Assembly: GCA_965644265.1 (NCBI GenBank)
Contig: OZ286459.1
Span: forward strand, 69,006,001 to 69,070,000
Origin: Glycera tridactyla
Taxonomy: Eukaryota
Direction: 5' to 3'
Length of the DNA: 64,000 nucleotides
Shown: piece by piece, positions 63,741 through 64,000 of the stretch
How positions within the stretch are numbered: the first letter of the stretch is position 1
Layout: the number at the start of each line of letters is the position of its first letter
The notes under the pieces: model-generated
Seen by the model: only the letters and a program-made list of their open reading frames with translations
Told to the model about the DNA's origin: nothing
Database searches by the model: none
Position numbers and translations under genes: made by a program

Positions 63741-64000
63741 AACTGGTGAGGAGACGTTAAATACTATTCACAGAGACAACCGATCACCCATACAATCATT
63801 GAGATATGAGCAGTATATCATTCGTTATACGAAGGAGAATCTAATGTAATTAGATACGGTTGGGCATTGGAATCTGATGACAGCAAGGCCTGGATTCTAC
63901 TATTGAGTCTGAGCCAATTGTGTCATTCTCATGGAAAATACACCGTTTTACCTCTTACTTTATCACAATGTCTTCAGTATTTCGGCCCCTGCGCCAATTC

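Noticed and set aside
63156-63749. 33-aa Cys- and N-glycosylation-containing repeat protein
   Set aside because: In-frame TGA in unit 4, no flanking splice sites in frame, and fully explained by a 99-bp satellite.

Overview
Repeat-rich eukaryotic DNA from a gapped draft assembly (14 N-gaps), probably a marine invertebrate; mollusc-like is an inference from SINE-tail style and satellite content only. It is not prokaryotic, and there is no CRISPR array, rRNA or true tRNA gene. The one well-supported coding feature is a signal-peptide exon (ATG 1403, MWAFLLIASAILAMFLGSTSTSK, phase-1 GT donor at 1473). No convincing next coding exon follows, so most of the window is probably one very large intron or intergenic DNA. 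It holds 14 unrelated minisatellite arrays (about 11 kb, 17%) and four copies of a tRNA-derived SINE, three with TSDs. It also has a TA-flanked Tc1/mariner-type MITE, three copies of a double-hairpin element, decayed DIRS-like and CR1/L2-like relics, and a 1.7-kb tandem duplication that may be an assembly artefact. Apart from a few decayed-element fragments, the ORF-track entries are artefacts of repeats or N-runs. The most unusual signals are an unclassified ~40-70 bp hairpin core dispersed about ten times, mostly on the + strand, which appears to have seeded a 29-bp satellite, and a TGAC(T/A)TCA-type motif shared by three otherwise unrelated satellites. No new biological system can be established from the sequence alone.
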